The notes under the pieces were generated by a model. It saw only the letters and a list, made by a program, of their open reading frames with translations, was not told the origin of the DNA and did not search any database. DNA of 64,000 bases from Nemertoderma westbladi (lineage: Eukaryota; Animalia; Xenacoelomorpha): NCBI GenBank assembly GCA_032718475.1, contig JAUCBJ010007002.1:1-64000 (forward strand), in the 5' to 3' direction. The translations under genes were made by a program, and so were the position numbers. Positions 10,333-23,668 of this stretch are shown here, in pieces. Within the stretch, counting starts at the first letter, position 1. Every line of letters starts with the position of its first letter.

Positions 10333-13300
10333 ATGGCTGACACAAAGCAAAACCTGTCAGACAGTCTCCTGGATACAACCATCTATGACCCAGATAGGAG
10401 TGTGGAACGTTTGAGACCAAAGTTCAACTCCCCTCCTACTGTAAGAAAAGTCATCCCTCCAGTAATAGTATCAGACCCTAGGCTAGTCAAACACCGTAGG
10501 TCTATTATAGGCACTCGGGCTCAAGTCAAGCGGGACCAAGAGGCAGCTGTTAAACAGCAGCAACACTCGAGCTGAGAACTTATTTCTCAGCGGCCCGATA
10601 GCTCCAGTAGTTCAGATACTGTAGAGCTGACACCCGAGCGCGGAGCAGGGATGGCAGAAGCGGTTTATTCGGATCCACTTCTCATTCTCCCAGAAGCCGT
10701 ACTCACTAGAGTATTGATTGCGGTAGAGGAACATCAAATGGATTGGGCGAGAGGTCAGCGATCGACCAAGGACAGTTATGCGGGATACACAAAGGAGGAA
10801 CTGAAATCTATTGTCGAGACGCATGGAATTTCCCCGGATCTGGACTCCCGTTTAACTTATCAGAAGCTGCCTGGGAAGATCTATACCGGATGGGAGTGTT
10901 AATGGACACTAGAGATCCAGCTGTGTGGAAGAGGTCGGCAGCAGGATATGTGCAGAGATTCTTCAGCTCTCTGGAGCGATTAGAGGAACAACTGTTTCAA
11001 CAACCCCAAGGACCTCAAGAGCAGGGAGAGCTGCTTTATCAAGTTCGCGAACGAGTTCTGCGGATCAGACTAATTCTTTCAGCCTTTGAGGAGGCCTCGA
11101 AGAGAATCCAAGATACGTCGTTGCAAGTTGCTGTGAAGACTTGGTTCCAGCGCGTAGATCTCAAAGTTCAAGGAATGGCCCAGTGGAAATTTCAGCTGGC
11201 TGAGCGCTCGACTCAAGGAGAATCAACCGACGCTGTCTTTTCTCAAGTGGAAAGCAAAGTGACGGCAGAAAAACCACAGAGGGATGCAATTGACATCTAT
11301 CTGTCGGACTATCAACGATTTATAGGTGACGAAGAGTTAAGGAGACATTTAGATGGACTTCGTCCTAATAGTGAAGGAGCCAAGTTGGTGTTGGACGCAA
11401 TAGATGCGGAAATGTTAGCTGCGATCCAAGCTAAATTTGATGAAAGCATCCGCATCGCTAGGGTTCAAGAAGAACAAGTAAAGAAAAAACGTCTAGAAGA
11501 CAGAAAGATAGCAGCAGCGGCAGCGGCAGAGGCAGAAGCGGAAAGAAAAGCGGCAGAAGTGGAAAGAAAAGCGGCAGTGGCAGCGGCAGAGGCAGAAGCG
11601 GAAAGAAAGGTGGCAGAAGCAGAAAGAAAAACGGCAGCAGCGGAAAGAAAGGCAGCGGCAGAAGCGGATAGAAAAACGGCAGAAGCGGAAAGAAAGGTAG
11701 CAATAGCAGAAGCAGAACGGAGGGCGTCTGAAGAGACCGCCCAACTTGAGTTGGAAAATCTTCAAGAGAAGCAAGACTTCATCGATAAACAGAGAACAGC
11801 GAGTCAGTGGCAGATGATAAGTAAATCTACTCCCAAAAGACAAGGATTTACATCATCCGATGAAGGCGACACCACTGATCCTGAAGGTGGAGGAAATAGA
11901 TCTCGTTCCAGTAGGCGTAGAAGAACGCCCCATCGTCAGAAATTGCCTAATTTGCCACCAGCTGTGAGAAGGCAACTATCTAGCATAGACTTAGGTAGTA
12001 CAGAACCCACAGACCAAATTATTAGAATAAAAAGACTCCCTACTATAATAGATGAGCCTGAAATAATTAGGCCTGTTCTCGAAGACACCCCTTTGGTGAT
12101 AGAGACACCTGTACTTCCAGAACCTACCTCTAAATTCCCTTTGCACAGTACTAAACTACCTGTGCCCAGTAGGACTGTTCCCGAGTCCGAACCCGTCCTG
12201 GACGCCGAGCGAGATATCAAGAATTTATCGCCCGTCGTCTCTCGCTCGCCCGCTACTATGTTGGCGACTCCCGCTTCGGCAGTCGAGTGGGTAGCTGAGG
12301 GACGGCGGGAGATGGGTCTCTTGCTCAGGAAGCTGAGGGAACACCAGGTATGTTCATCACAGCAAGTCCGAGAGATGGAAGGGACTGTTCAGCAGTTGAA
12401 GGGAACAGTGAGAGAAAGTAGGTTAGAGTTGCAAGAAGTGCAGCAGAGTATCGCGTTAGAACGCGATAAATTGGTAAATATACAAAAGGGTATATCACCA
12501 CCCTCTGTAACAATGTGTCAACCTGTTAGGTCTGAAGTATTGCATGCGCAAGGTGTGGAACCTACACGCATCTATACTGCTAGTGAAGTAGAAACTCCTA
12601 TAGTAAACCCTATTAAGGGTAATTATAAACCTGTTGACAATGATATTCCATATAGACCTGATCATAATCCGAGAAATTTATATACCGATAACTCGATATT
12701 AAATAACACGATGGCCCAAGAAAGTTTTACGCGTCAAATGGCTAGAACCGAAGCCCGTCAAGCGGTAAAGGTGGGAGAAATCGTCAAGTTCAATGGAGAT
12801 GAGATGAAATGGTTACCTTTTAATGAATATTACAAAGATAACATACAAAACTCTGTATTATCTAATGGAGAGAAACTTAGATTCCTCATCGAGTGTTTGG
12901 AAGGACCTCCCAAGTTAATGGCGTTAAAGTTTATTGGACACCCAGATGGATTAAGACAAGTTTGGAATACGCTAAACATCAGGTATCGTAATAGGACAAA
13001 CATAGCTAGGTATTTGTATGCTAAATTGGTAGCGCCCCGAAAGTTCCTTAGTAGCGGGATTATCGAGTTTTCCAATGAGATTCAGGAGAACTGTAGACAA
13101 CTAGATTGGTTAGGTAAGTCTCATGAATATCAGAGTTCCATGGTTATTGGAGCCGTAGCCTCTACTTTGCCCAAGGGTGGAGTAGGTACTCACTGGGACA
13201 AGAAAGTGCTCTATATGATGGACCAGCAACAAAGAGACCCTACCATGGCTGATCTCATGTCATTCTTAGATGGAGAGGTAAGATTACAACTCCTAAAACA

Positions 13301-16270
13301 GTCCAGAGAGAAGACACCGGAAAATAAGGTAATTGAGAAACCCGTCTCTAGGAGAAAAGTAACACCAGTGTTTTATACAGACGATGGCAAAAGCCAAACC
13401 TCTCAGGAGGAGAGCAATGGGCGAGACACTGAAAGATCTTACTATGTCAACAAAGCACCAAAAGACGTAAGTAAATTAAAGTCTCGAACCAGTGACAGGA
13501 GAGAATATACAACAAAAACTCCTCCCACATCTCCTAAAAGAATTCATGGAAAAAAGCCCAAGGAAAGAACGAGTGTGCATAACATTACCCAAGGTAAAGT
13601 AAGTAACATCAAACCAAAATGTGTGTTGTGCGACGGGCCCCATCGTTTAAGTGTGTGTGAGGAGTTCCTAAAGAAATCCCTAAAAGATAGACGCGAAGTC
13701 ATGTGGGATAAGCGGTTGTGTTATAATTGTCTCAGACAAGGACACCAACGGCGAACCTGTTACTCCGACGCAAGGTGTGCAAAGTGCGGCGCGAAACATC
13801 ATATTTTGTTGCACACCGAATTCGAAAGAAACAGCCCGAGTCAGGTAAGTGAGCCTGAACTACATGTCCAATTCAGTGATGTGAACGACACTGACCTCAG
13901 TTCTGAGATGGAAGGATTCTACACAGATGAATTCTCCGATGAAAACGAATCCTGTTATCTAATAAACACCGCAGTGTATCGAGCACTTACGTATGAGACA
14001 GAAACTGAGAGTGAGCTTCCCCTCACTATTCCAGACCTACAACCATCTTGGAAAATGCCAACTTCCAACGTAGGAATCCGAGAATTTCCCGTAGTGCAGT
14101 TGAGAGTCCACGGCGTAAGCAAAAGTTATATAGTGAACGCCCTTCTCGACTCCGGCAGCACAGGAACATTCATCGATAAAGAACTAGCCGAAGATATCTT
14201 TGCTGGACAACCTAAGTTCCGAACTAAGTTGAACCTTTCAGGAATTATGCAGGTTTGGAAATCTACAGTAGCTACGGACTACTATGTAGGCGCTTTGTCC
14301 ACCCCCCAGGACGAACTAGGAGAACACAATATAAGGTCAGTAAAAATGGTGGCTATAAATAACTTCGCTACCAGCCAAGTGGAACCTTATAACTGGGATG
14401 AAGACGATTTCACCCAACAGTATGACATACCTAGATTCAACACAGACTACCCTGGGGTACAAATACTCATCGGCCAAAATGCGCATGAGGCGCTGGAGAC
14501 ATTAGAAAAATGGCCTACTCAACCGCAACCACTACAAACTTATGCGGGAAGAACTAGAGTAGGTTGGTACTTTACTGGCCCCTCCCGTAGGACACTCATG
14601 GAAAGGCTACCAAAGGAGCAAATTTACCAGGTGAGTGAATGGGAAGGGGAAACCAGTGAGGGAGACGACTCACTTGAGGGAATACCATACTCCTCGGATA
14701 ATGATGATATTCAACAACTATTCGACGAGGAGAATACCATCGACCTCCTTACGGAAAGTGAAACTTGGCAAAACCAAGTGAACCTGTGTCAACTCGTCCA
14801 TCCATCGAGACACGTCGATTACAACGATGAACTAAATGAAGTAATCGACCGTTACAATGCGAAGGTTCGCGATGAACACGCCGTACGATTCTTTACTCAA
14901 GAGGCTATAGAGCCCAATTCCTACGATAAGGCCCTATTGGTAGAAGAAGAAAGAGCCAAGCAGATACAGGAGACGACTACACGTTTTCTTAAGGATCAAG
15001 GTAGGTATGAGATTGGTCTGCCTTTCCGACGGCGAGAACCCAATTTTATAAACAACCGACCCTTATCAGAGAAGAGAATTGCGCAACTACATCGACGCCT
15101 TACGGCAAATACTTCAGCTAAGGAAATGTACAAGACCCAGTTGAATAAATTCATTGACAAGGGATACGCGGAGCGAGTACCGGAAAGAACACCCATAACT
15201 GAGAGAACGTACTATTTGACACATCATTACGTTCCTAAACCTGGTAAACCCAACGAAGTCCGTGTAGTATTTGATGGTTCCGCTCTCTACATGGGCCAAT
15301 CCCTTAACTCCGAGTTATTGCCAGGACCCAACTTACTCCAATCCTTGTTGGGAATACTCTTAAGATTACGACAATATTCGATTGCTTTTGCTTCGGATAT
15401 AGAAGGCATGTTCTTACAAGTTAAGGCGCTGGAAAGGGATCGCGACAGCCTACGATTTCTGTGGTGGCCTGAAGGGGACCTCAACCAGAAACCGGTGGAG
15501 TACTGGATGACCATCCAGGCTTTTGGGATCATCTCGAGCCCTTCAAACGCCTGCTCAGTAGTGCGCACCACTGCTGATGACAACCGGGACACCTTCTCCA
15601 AAGAAGTTATAGACAACATCAAACGGGATATATACATGGACGATAATTTAAAGTCCCTCCCATCGGTGGAAGAAGCCATTGATGTCGCCAAAGGAACGGT
15701 AGAGTGCTTGAAAAGAGGTGGATTTAGATTAACTAAATTCACGAGTAACTCCCGGGAATTTCTGGAATCAATCCCGGTAGAAGACCGAGGAACTAAAGAT
15801 CTAGACCTTATCAAGGACGATCTACCAGAAACTAAGACGCTTGGTTTGAAGTGGGACACGGGGAGAGATATCCTGTTTTTCCAACTAAAATAGCGAGATA
15901 ATCCCGTTCGCACCAAACGGATTTGTCTAAGTATCCTGAGCAATTATTTCGATCCATTGGGATTTATTAGCAAAGTTATATTGATTGCTCGGAGTTTAGT
16001 ACAACAAATGTGGCTTGAAAACCACTCGTGGGACGATCCACTTAAGGGAGAACTATTAAAGAAGTGGATTAAATGGGAAGATTCGCTACCTTCCATCGAG
16101 AACTTTAGTATTTCCCGTTCATATTTTGGTCATGTTCTTCCCACGTATTCCTATCAACTCCATGTGTTTGGAGATGCCAGCGACATGGGAATAGGCATAG
16201 TAGCCTACCTGAGAGTTGAAACTCCGGATGGAATTAAGGTCGACTTGGTTACCTCTAAGGCCTTGATAAA
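10333..16270 (+). pseudogene. gag-pol: A1 gag-pol part 1: N-terminal extension, Gag (DUF1759-like, zinc knuckles), aspartic protease, RT, start of RNase H
   Basis: ORFs 10264-10575, 10651-10902, 10743-15893 and 15957-16292 join through stops at 10573 and 15891 and a 1-bp deletion near 10823. Motifs CVLCDGPHRLSVC, CYNCLRQGH, LLDSGSTGTFI, DIEGMFLQV, YMDD, LHVFGDAS. Confidence 0.93.
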
Positions 16271-16541
16271 TGTAATAAAGTTATTACAGTAGATTTATAC
16301 TATTTTATACTGTATACTTCTTTTGGTGAAGGTTTGCTACCGGTACAGTGCTGATAGATGATTTATTGATTGAGAGACAAGCCAGCAAGCAGATTATTAT
16401 ATATTTAGTATTGTCTGACAGCTGACCCCTTTTCTTGTTGCTTTAGCTGACTGCCGGATGCAGTCAGCATTATGTTCGACTGAAGGCTGACTGTTGGATA
16501 CAGTCAGCACTGATATATTTGGTGTGTGTATATTCCGCACA
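16271..16541 (+). repeat. 5' LTR of B
   Basis: TGT...ACA; direct repeat of 34168-34438. Confidence 0.95.
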
Positions 16542-16939
16542 TTTTGGTGCCTGGACCCGGATCCTGTTGAATGAAGGAATATAAACGGTGTTTGGGAATA
16601 CTGTTTGGCAGTTTGGTGAATACTGCATGTTCCTTACTGCAGTACTGGACTGGAGTAATTAATCAGATAGGCTCAAACAGCAAACTGTTATATTTGGATA
16701 CGGTGAACTGCGTATTCGACGGACGTACCTGTATCTACGGTCAGACGGTTAGGCCTAACGAGCCTATTGGCCTACCTATATTCATATTGCTGTATTAGTC
16801 AGTACGGTATATAACGGTACCGGTACTGCATTTCTGCATTCGGAAATAAACTGGAACTGTGACACAACGCAAATTACGAAGTCAATCCGGCCAGAAATAT
16901 TTGTAATTTAATCTACCTAACCTAGGCCTTGTAGATAGA

Positions 16940-19270
16940 ATGGCTGAACCGTTGGGTAAGTTAAGGAAACGGAGAGCAGGTCATAAAGCAACCGCTACTC
17001 GTTTAATGGGAGATCTCCATGGCGAAATGTACTCAGATCTCGCCAACCGTACATTACATGATGATGTCAATGTTGAAACTATAGAGGATTTATCCGAGGG
17101 ATTGCGAAATCAGAGGGCGAAAATAGCTGAGTTGACTGAGGAGATTCAACATCTTGTAGAAGATGAAGATCAGTTAGTTACCGAAATCAATTCATCTGCT
17201 AAGGATGACATGCAGATAGGTTCCTTATTGCGTCGAATAGATAAATTATTAGGTTTAAGTAATTCTGTAAGTCAGCATGGCCAAATCCACCCTTCTGATC
17301 ACATCGGTTTTAATCCGGAAAATACTGGGTTAGATAGAACCCAGATAGGAAATACGAGGCCTATGGGATTAACCCCTCAGAAGCTTCCAAACCTTAAACT
17401 CCCAAAATTTAGTGGCGATCCGATAGAATGGCCCAATTTCTGGGATCGATTTGAGGATGCAATACATAAGAGAACTGATCTAGCTGGAGCCACTAAATTT
17501 ACGTATCTAGAAGGCCAACTCTCTGGTGAGGCTTCTTCTTTAGTAAAAAACTTCCAGAGAAGTAATGATGATTATATTGCGGCCATTGAACTTCTTAGGA
17601 CTACTTATGGTCAGAAAAAGTTAATTATGAGGGCTCGTCTCAATACTGTGTTCGATATGGAGTCTCCTAAAGCGACTTCGAAGGATTTAGCTTCATTTCG
17701 AGCAAATTATGAAGCGCAACTGCCTGGAATCAAACAGCTAGGAGGTAATGTGGAGGAATCTGGCTACGTATACGCCGAACTAATTCTTCGTAAGCTTCCT
17801 GCTTCAGTTCGTAGTAACATAAATAGGGCCGCTCGCTCCACTTATTGGACGCTTGAGGAGTTACGGGTAGCTCTAAATGATGAAATCGAACAGTTAAGGT
17901 CTACTGAGTCACAAAGTACTTACCTAAAACCTCAGAATAACTATGGTAGTAAATTTAAAAGCGATAGTAGAAATTCATCAGCCAATTCTGTGGGTTCTGA
18001 AACTGGAGGAACACTTGGCTCTTTCAGCACGACAGCAAGTACACCATTCGATAGGAAACGCAGACCGGTTTCTTGTTATCTATGTAAAGCAGATCATCCT
18101 GCCCGATTGTGTGACCAGTATAAGACTCCAAATCTTAAATTAGCTCGAGTTAGAGAATTGCGTTTATGTACAAGATGTCTTAGACATAAACATTCAGAAG
18201 GTAAACCATGTCTCAGTGAGGAAGGTTGTCAAGTATGTAGGAAGGGTCACCATACCATTCTCCATTTGGATTCTAAACCTAATCCTAGTACAGTTGCAGC
18301 TATTACATCTGATACAGGGGATGTTTGTTTGGCAACTTCGGGTGGATCTACATTACTTCCTACCGCAATCTGTCCTATAAGATTCCTAAATGATGGGAAG
18401 GAAGATGATTACTCTGTTCGTACAATTCTCGATCAAGCTGCACAACGTACTTTTATACTCCGTCGAATTGTCAAGGCATTAGGATTGAAGACAATTAATA
18501 AGGTTTCATCTTCTATATACGGATTTAATAAGGAAGGACCAAGGAAGGTTTATGATGAAGTTCGTTTCCGAATTTCAACTTCGGATGGTTTAATTGAGAC
18601 TTGGGCGTTAGTTGTAGATAAGTTGCCTCTTAGATTATCTTCCCCGGGTCGTACCAAGATGGTCTCTCAACTACAGCTGCGTGGATTTAAGTTAGCAGAT
18701 CCTCGTACCGGAGATGATTTATCTGACATTGGGTTGTTGATAGGAGTCGACCAGTACTTTAACTTCGTTTATGGGGAATGTATTCAAGGTGGTATTTATC
18801 GGCTTCCTTCTAATCTTGGTGATGTCATTACTGGTACATTGCCTTTATGTGATTCCCAATCAAACTCAATTCAATCAAATGTTATTACGGCTCTCCTTAT
18901 TGGTTGTGTTGAAGAGTCGGATAATCTTGATGATGCCCTCGAACGACTTTGGAGATTAGATACAATCGGTATCTCACCTGATGACACCAACCCTATTGAT
19001 GAAGTTGTTATGAAGGAATTTGAAGAAAACACTAAGTATGTTGATGGAAGATATGTTGTTCGTCTACCTTGGAAACCGGATTTTCCAAGTCTACCATCCA
19101 ATTACGGATTAACGATAAAGCGACTTCAGTCGACATTGACGAAGTTGTCAAAGAATCCTTTGTTATTGGAATGTTATAATAGTATTATTCTTCAACAGTT
19201 AGAACGTGGATTTATAGAACTAGCACCCCCCTATATTGCTACGGGTTCTAAAATACACTACCTAGCCCAC
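16940..19270 (+). pseudogene. gag-pol: B gag-protease-start of RT, interrupted by A2
   Basis: KLPKFSGDPIEWPNFWDRF (DUF1759-like), three Cys-His knuckles, ILDQAAQRTFI protease. HYLAH continues as HGVEK...LRIVFDCS at 30791. Confidence 0.93.
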
Positions 19271-20483
19271 TGTTCGCGCTTTCAGACCTTTGGCAGTTTA
19301 ACCCGCCAAATTAGGATGTCTTCTAGATAATAAATCGCTTTTAGCCTCTGACAAGTATTTGATTCACTACACTAGTTGAAACCAATCTGTGCGCGATCAT
19401 TCACCCGCTGGATATACCCGGGAGATTGACTTCGACGGCTTAATCTTATTGCTATGATAACCTAATGTATTATTCGACTGACAGTATTATATAATCTCTG
19501 ACAATATTATTCACCTTCGGGGAATATTAACAGTTCCTTTTGGATGTGGCGCTCTATCTATATAAACAGAGCTATGACTTAAACTACATGCAACGATATG
19601 GCTTAGTTACAATTCACATATATGGCGCATTCTTTAGGAAATGCTTCGTTATCAGTCTCACTCATACACAATGCTGCACAATACTGCACACTGATCTGCC
19701 GATCTTCACTGATTTTAGTCACATATAAAAGGAACACAGACCGACTCATGTAGGGTCTATCAGATAACATTAGATTCACTTCAAACCACTTTAACATAAG
19801 TCACAATCGTTATATGTAACCTGTCTCTCTTACCTTCGGTATATCAAGAATATTGGGTTTTCGGGGTTATTTCTCGTTATTCCAAATATAATATTTCATC
19901 AACCATATAATGAATAACCGACAGTAAATAGCAGTATAACGTTATAAAAGTATGCACGACAAGACCAGCCAAGCATTGAGTAAGTTGTTAACCATTGAGT
20001 TACCCAGATAACGGATATATGTCCTTATAATTAAGCCTACTAGTGTTAGGCTAAAAGCAGAAAAGCACAAATATTCCAAAAGCCGTTCTTTCTTGGCTCA
20101 GGACTGAATGATAACACTGCCCATAAAGCATTGCGTGATTTCTAGGAAATTTCTGTACAAGAACAGTAAAAACGCTCTGATTGGTTGACTGAACTGAGAG
20201 GCACCGTAGAACAAAGAAAATTGACACGTATACAGCTCAGCTGTTAACCGTCGTCATAGTAACTACTGTTTCAAGAGGGTCTAGCTATTTTGCGTCATAG
20301 AATTGCCATAGAATCACCAACCATGTCCCCCAAAGTACACATACGGAAGAAATAGCTCTTAGGTCCTCTAAAAAACACCGATACAGCAATAATACGGCCT
20401 CTTACGCCTACTAAACCAACTACAGAGTATTTTACGGGAAAAATAAGGAAAAATAACCGGGCAATTCCGCAAAAGCTTTTACA
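19271..20483 (-). repeat. 3' LTR of A2
   Basis: Direct repeat of 29573-30785; PPT adjacent at 20484-20492. Confidence 0.95.
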
Positions 20484-21121
20484 CCGCTCCCAGAAAATGG
20501 GATTTTCAGTCTATAAAATATAAAAATCACAGTTTCTAAAACATAAAGATACTCTAAACAGTTAGTTTTTCTTGCGCGGACGGCGTTCACGCAGTTTCCC
20601 GAGGCTAGCAAGAGTCCTTTTCTCTTTGGGGCGAGCCACTTTACTAGAAAGGCTATAACTCCTGGGTAAAGGGTGCAATACAATTGCATTAGAAGGTTTG
20701 GGTTTACGGTCGGTGTCTCGTCCATTTCGATATGCTTCTCCTCGAGCTGATTTTCCTCCGCTTGTCATGGGATACGTTCGTCCAAAACTCTCGCAGAGAA
20801 TAGGGTTTTCTAAGCTTGATATCTTCTTAGAGATTCGAGATTTCCCGATCGAACTGAGATAAGGCCAATTCGTTTATCGATTGGACTTACTGTTATAACT
20901 TACGTTTATCTGAACAAACGCAGGTTTCTTTTTTGATCTTTATAGAATAGCGTTTAATTCGTTTCGTACAACGCTCTCCTTCACCTTGATGAAGGGTTGT
21001 ATCGCGTTAAACGGGGACGACCATACGGTTGGATAGTGATATTAGGTGTCCGCGTCACAATCCGGCTAGGTAAGATGGGCGGCTAGCTAGAAATCACTGT
21101 CGGAGTGTTACCGATTAATTG

Positions 21122-22018
21122 TTAGGGTAGCACTAGATCTTTGAACAGTGAATACAGTCCGCGAGGATCCGCGACACCACCAGGATCGCAGGTCTGAGGT
21201 CCAACTAAGGAATGAGGAGGTTTGACTGAGTATTCCGGGACTCTGATCGTAGGTTTACTCCAGGATCGTTCGAGCCGAGTGAGCATAGGTGACAACGTTT
21301 CCGTGGATGTTTATGTCTTTCCGTTTATTGGCTGGGTCTAGGGCATTTATCGTAATAATACCAAAGACGCACGTCTTGAAGGGGAAACGCGGGTGATCGC
21401 TCTCCAGTTTTACAATATTCCTCCATCTGTTCGAAGCTATCTGGAACGACAGGTAGCGGTCGATCGGCGGTAAGATACATCATCGTAAAATAGAGCCGTT
21501 TGAGTTCCATCATAGAGTCTGGATGTATACCTTGAGGATATCGAGTTTCGAGGTTTTGTTGACTGGCAATATTGAGATAGGTCTCTCTTAGGAATTCTAG
21601 ATAGTCGTTGAAGTCGCGACGTTTATCAGGTTCTTCAACGTCTTCCCTCTCGAGTCTGTTTCAAATAGAGTTCTCGTGTTCTATTCTCGATTTATCGTTT
21701 CGACTCCGCTGGGTATGATATTTAAATAAAACCATTTCCCTTTCGGTGTCTATATCGTCGGTGTCGTGTAAATCAATAGGATGACCAGTAGTCAAGAAGT
21801 CCATATACGTACCATAACGATGCGTATAGCGAGCGGTGAATTTTCCATAGTCCAACTCACGCGTAAGTTACTTCCAGGAAATCGTAGGTTCGATATAACG
21901 ACCATCATCCTCCGTAGTAGTTGGACTAGTATCACCGCGTATCAAGCTATCAACAAACGCTTGAAAGTAGAGTATATCGCTCCCTGATACCAAGACCATC
22001 TTCTATCAACTCCGTCAT
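21122..22018 (-). pseudogene. A2 copy of the extra 3' ORF (stops, indels)
   Basis: ORF fragments 21661-21855 and 21325-21513 translate to near-identical peptides to A1 39594-40271. Confidence 0.65.
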
Positions 22019-23668
22019 ATCTGCTATATATGAGTTTATTAATATTATAATGAGTTTATATTTAGGCTAGCGAGCGTCGCTGCCTACCCCAATCAGCCCC
22101 CGGACAGTGCGAGATCCTCAGCGCCGATGTGTCGTCGCCGCTGTACTTTCGCCAACGACGTAGCCACACAACGACAACGACAACCGGCACAAGTCACTCG
22201 ACTGTCCGTCCCAAAGGCTTAGATACACCTCAGGTTCTTACTGGAGAGTTAGGGTTACTTTCACAATTGCGACTCGCTACTGTAAACACACCTTAGTAGT
22301 AACATTCGCCTATAAACTCACAAATACCACACACACAACTTGTCACAAATTACACACTCGGGTCACTTGTCCGTTAGTCAGTGCCTTCCAGAATGTCACG
22401 TTATTATCATGTATCCTTGGATACTAGCAGTGCGCTATTTATTCCCTATGCTATTCAATGGGACAAGCTTTCTATTGTTCTTTTAACTCAATTCTAATTC
22501 TAGCGTGGTTGTTGCTATGGTGACATTATGCAAAGCTAGCGGTAGAATTAGGGTAATTCCAAAGCATACAGATCTGGGATGTTATTTAATAGTAATTCTT
22601 TAATGGTCAATGTCCTGTTTTATACATGGCTTTATGAATTTTATCGGCTATTGACTATGTTTGGGAGACTTTCGCACACTCATACGCATAAGAAGATAAA
22701 TCTCCGCTCCCTTGATCTATTAATTAATGGAATTTTGGGAATGTTATAAATTGCGTAAAAATGGCAATTTATTAAATTCATTAAAAGGCATGAATTTAAA
22801 TTTATTCCCTGAAATTTTATTATTTGATAATTAAATTGACATGTTTTGATTCTAGAACATGTCTGGGGACACAAGATCCTTAATTCTATGAAAATTGTCT
22901 TTTTAAGAATATCGGTAAATGCTACGATGTCTTAATTGACTAGAATTGTTGAAGGATCTGAATTTTACAGATTTTGATTTATTAGATTTGCAAATATTAA
23001 ATAATTAATATTTGAGATGGGCACCGATTTATTCCAGAACTTGTCTGGGGACGTTAACCACTGATTCTAGAATTTGTCTTTCAAGTATATCGGTGGGTGC
23101 CGCGATATCTTAATCGACTAGAATTACAGATGGTCAAAAGGTTTAACAGATTTATTTGCGTTTCACGCTACTGTTAGAGGGACATCACGCTACTATATGT
23201 ATTATTTAATATACGGTATGAGAGCAATATCGCACGAAGCAATGTCAGTGTGAAGAGGCAAGTCGTTTCCAAGGTCTACCCAGAGCTTGGTTTAGCCGAG
23301 ACACGAGGATCTGAACTTTGCATTCCTAATACTCTGCCTACCAATAATACTTGAATATAGTAGTGGCTTTATTGTACTTTAATAAGTACGGACATTTCAT
23401 CTTACTGTAGTTACGTATTTATAATATAACACGGACAGTAAGGAAAGAGAAAAATACTTGTTTCTCACCGTCACACTAAATATAATATAAGTAATTACGT
23501 ACGCAATAAACACGAATATATTGCACTATTCTACTAAATAATCGCTAAATAATATTCTACTAAATTAAATAAAACGATTATAATAAAATTACATAGTAAT
23601 ACATACAGAAATATAAAAATAATAAAATAATATAAAATAATAGAGTCACACACCCACTCCATATGTTG

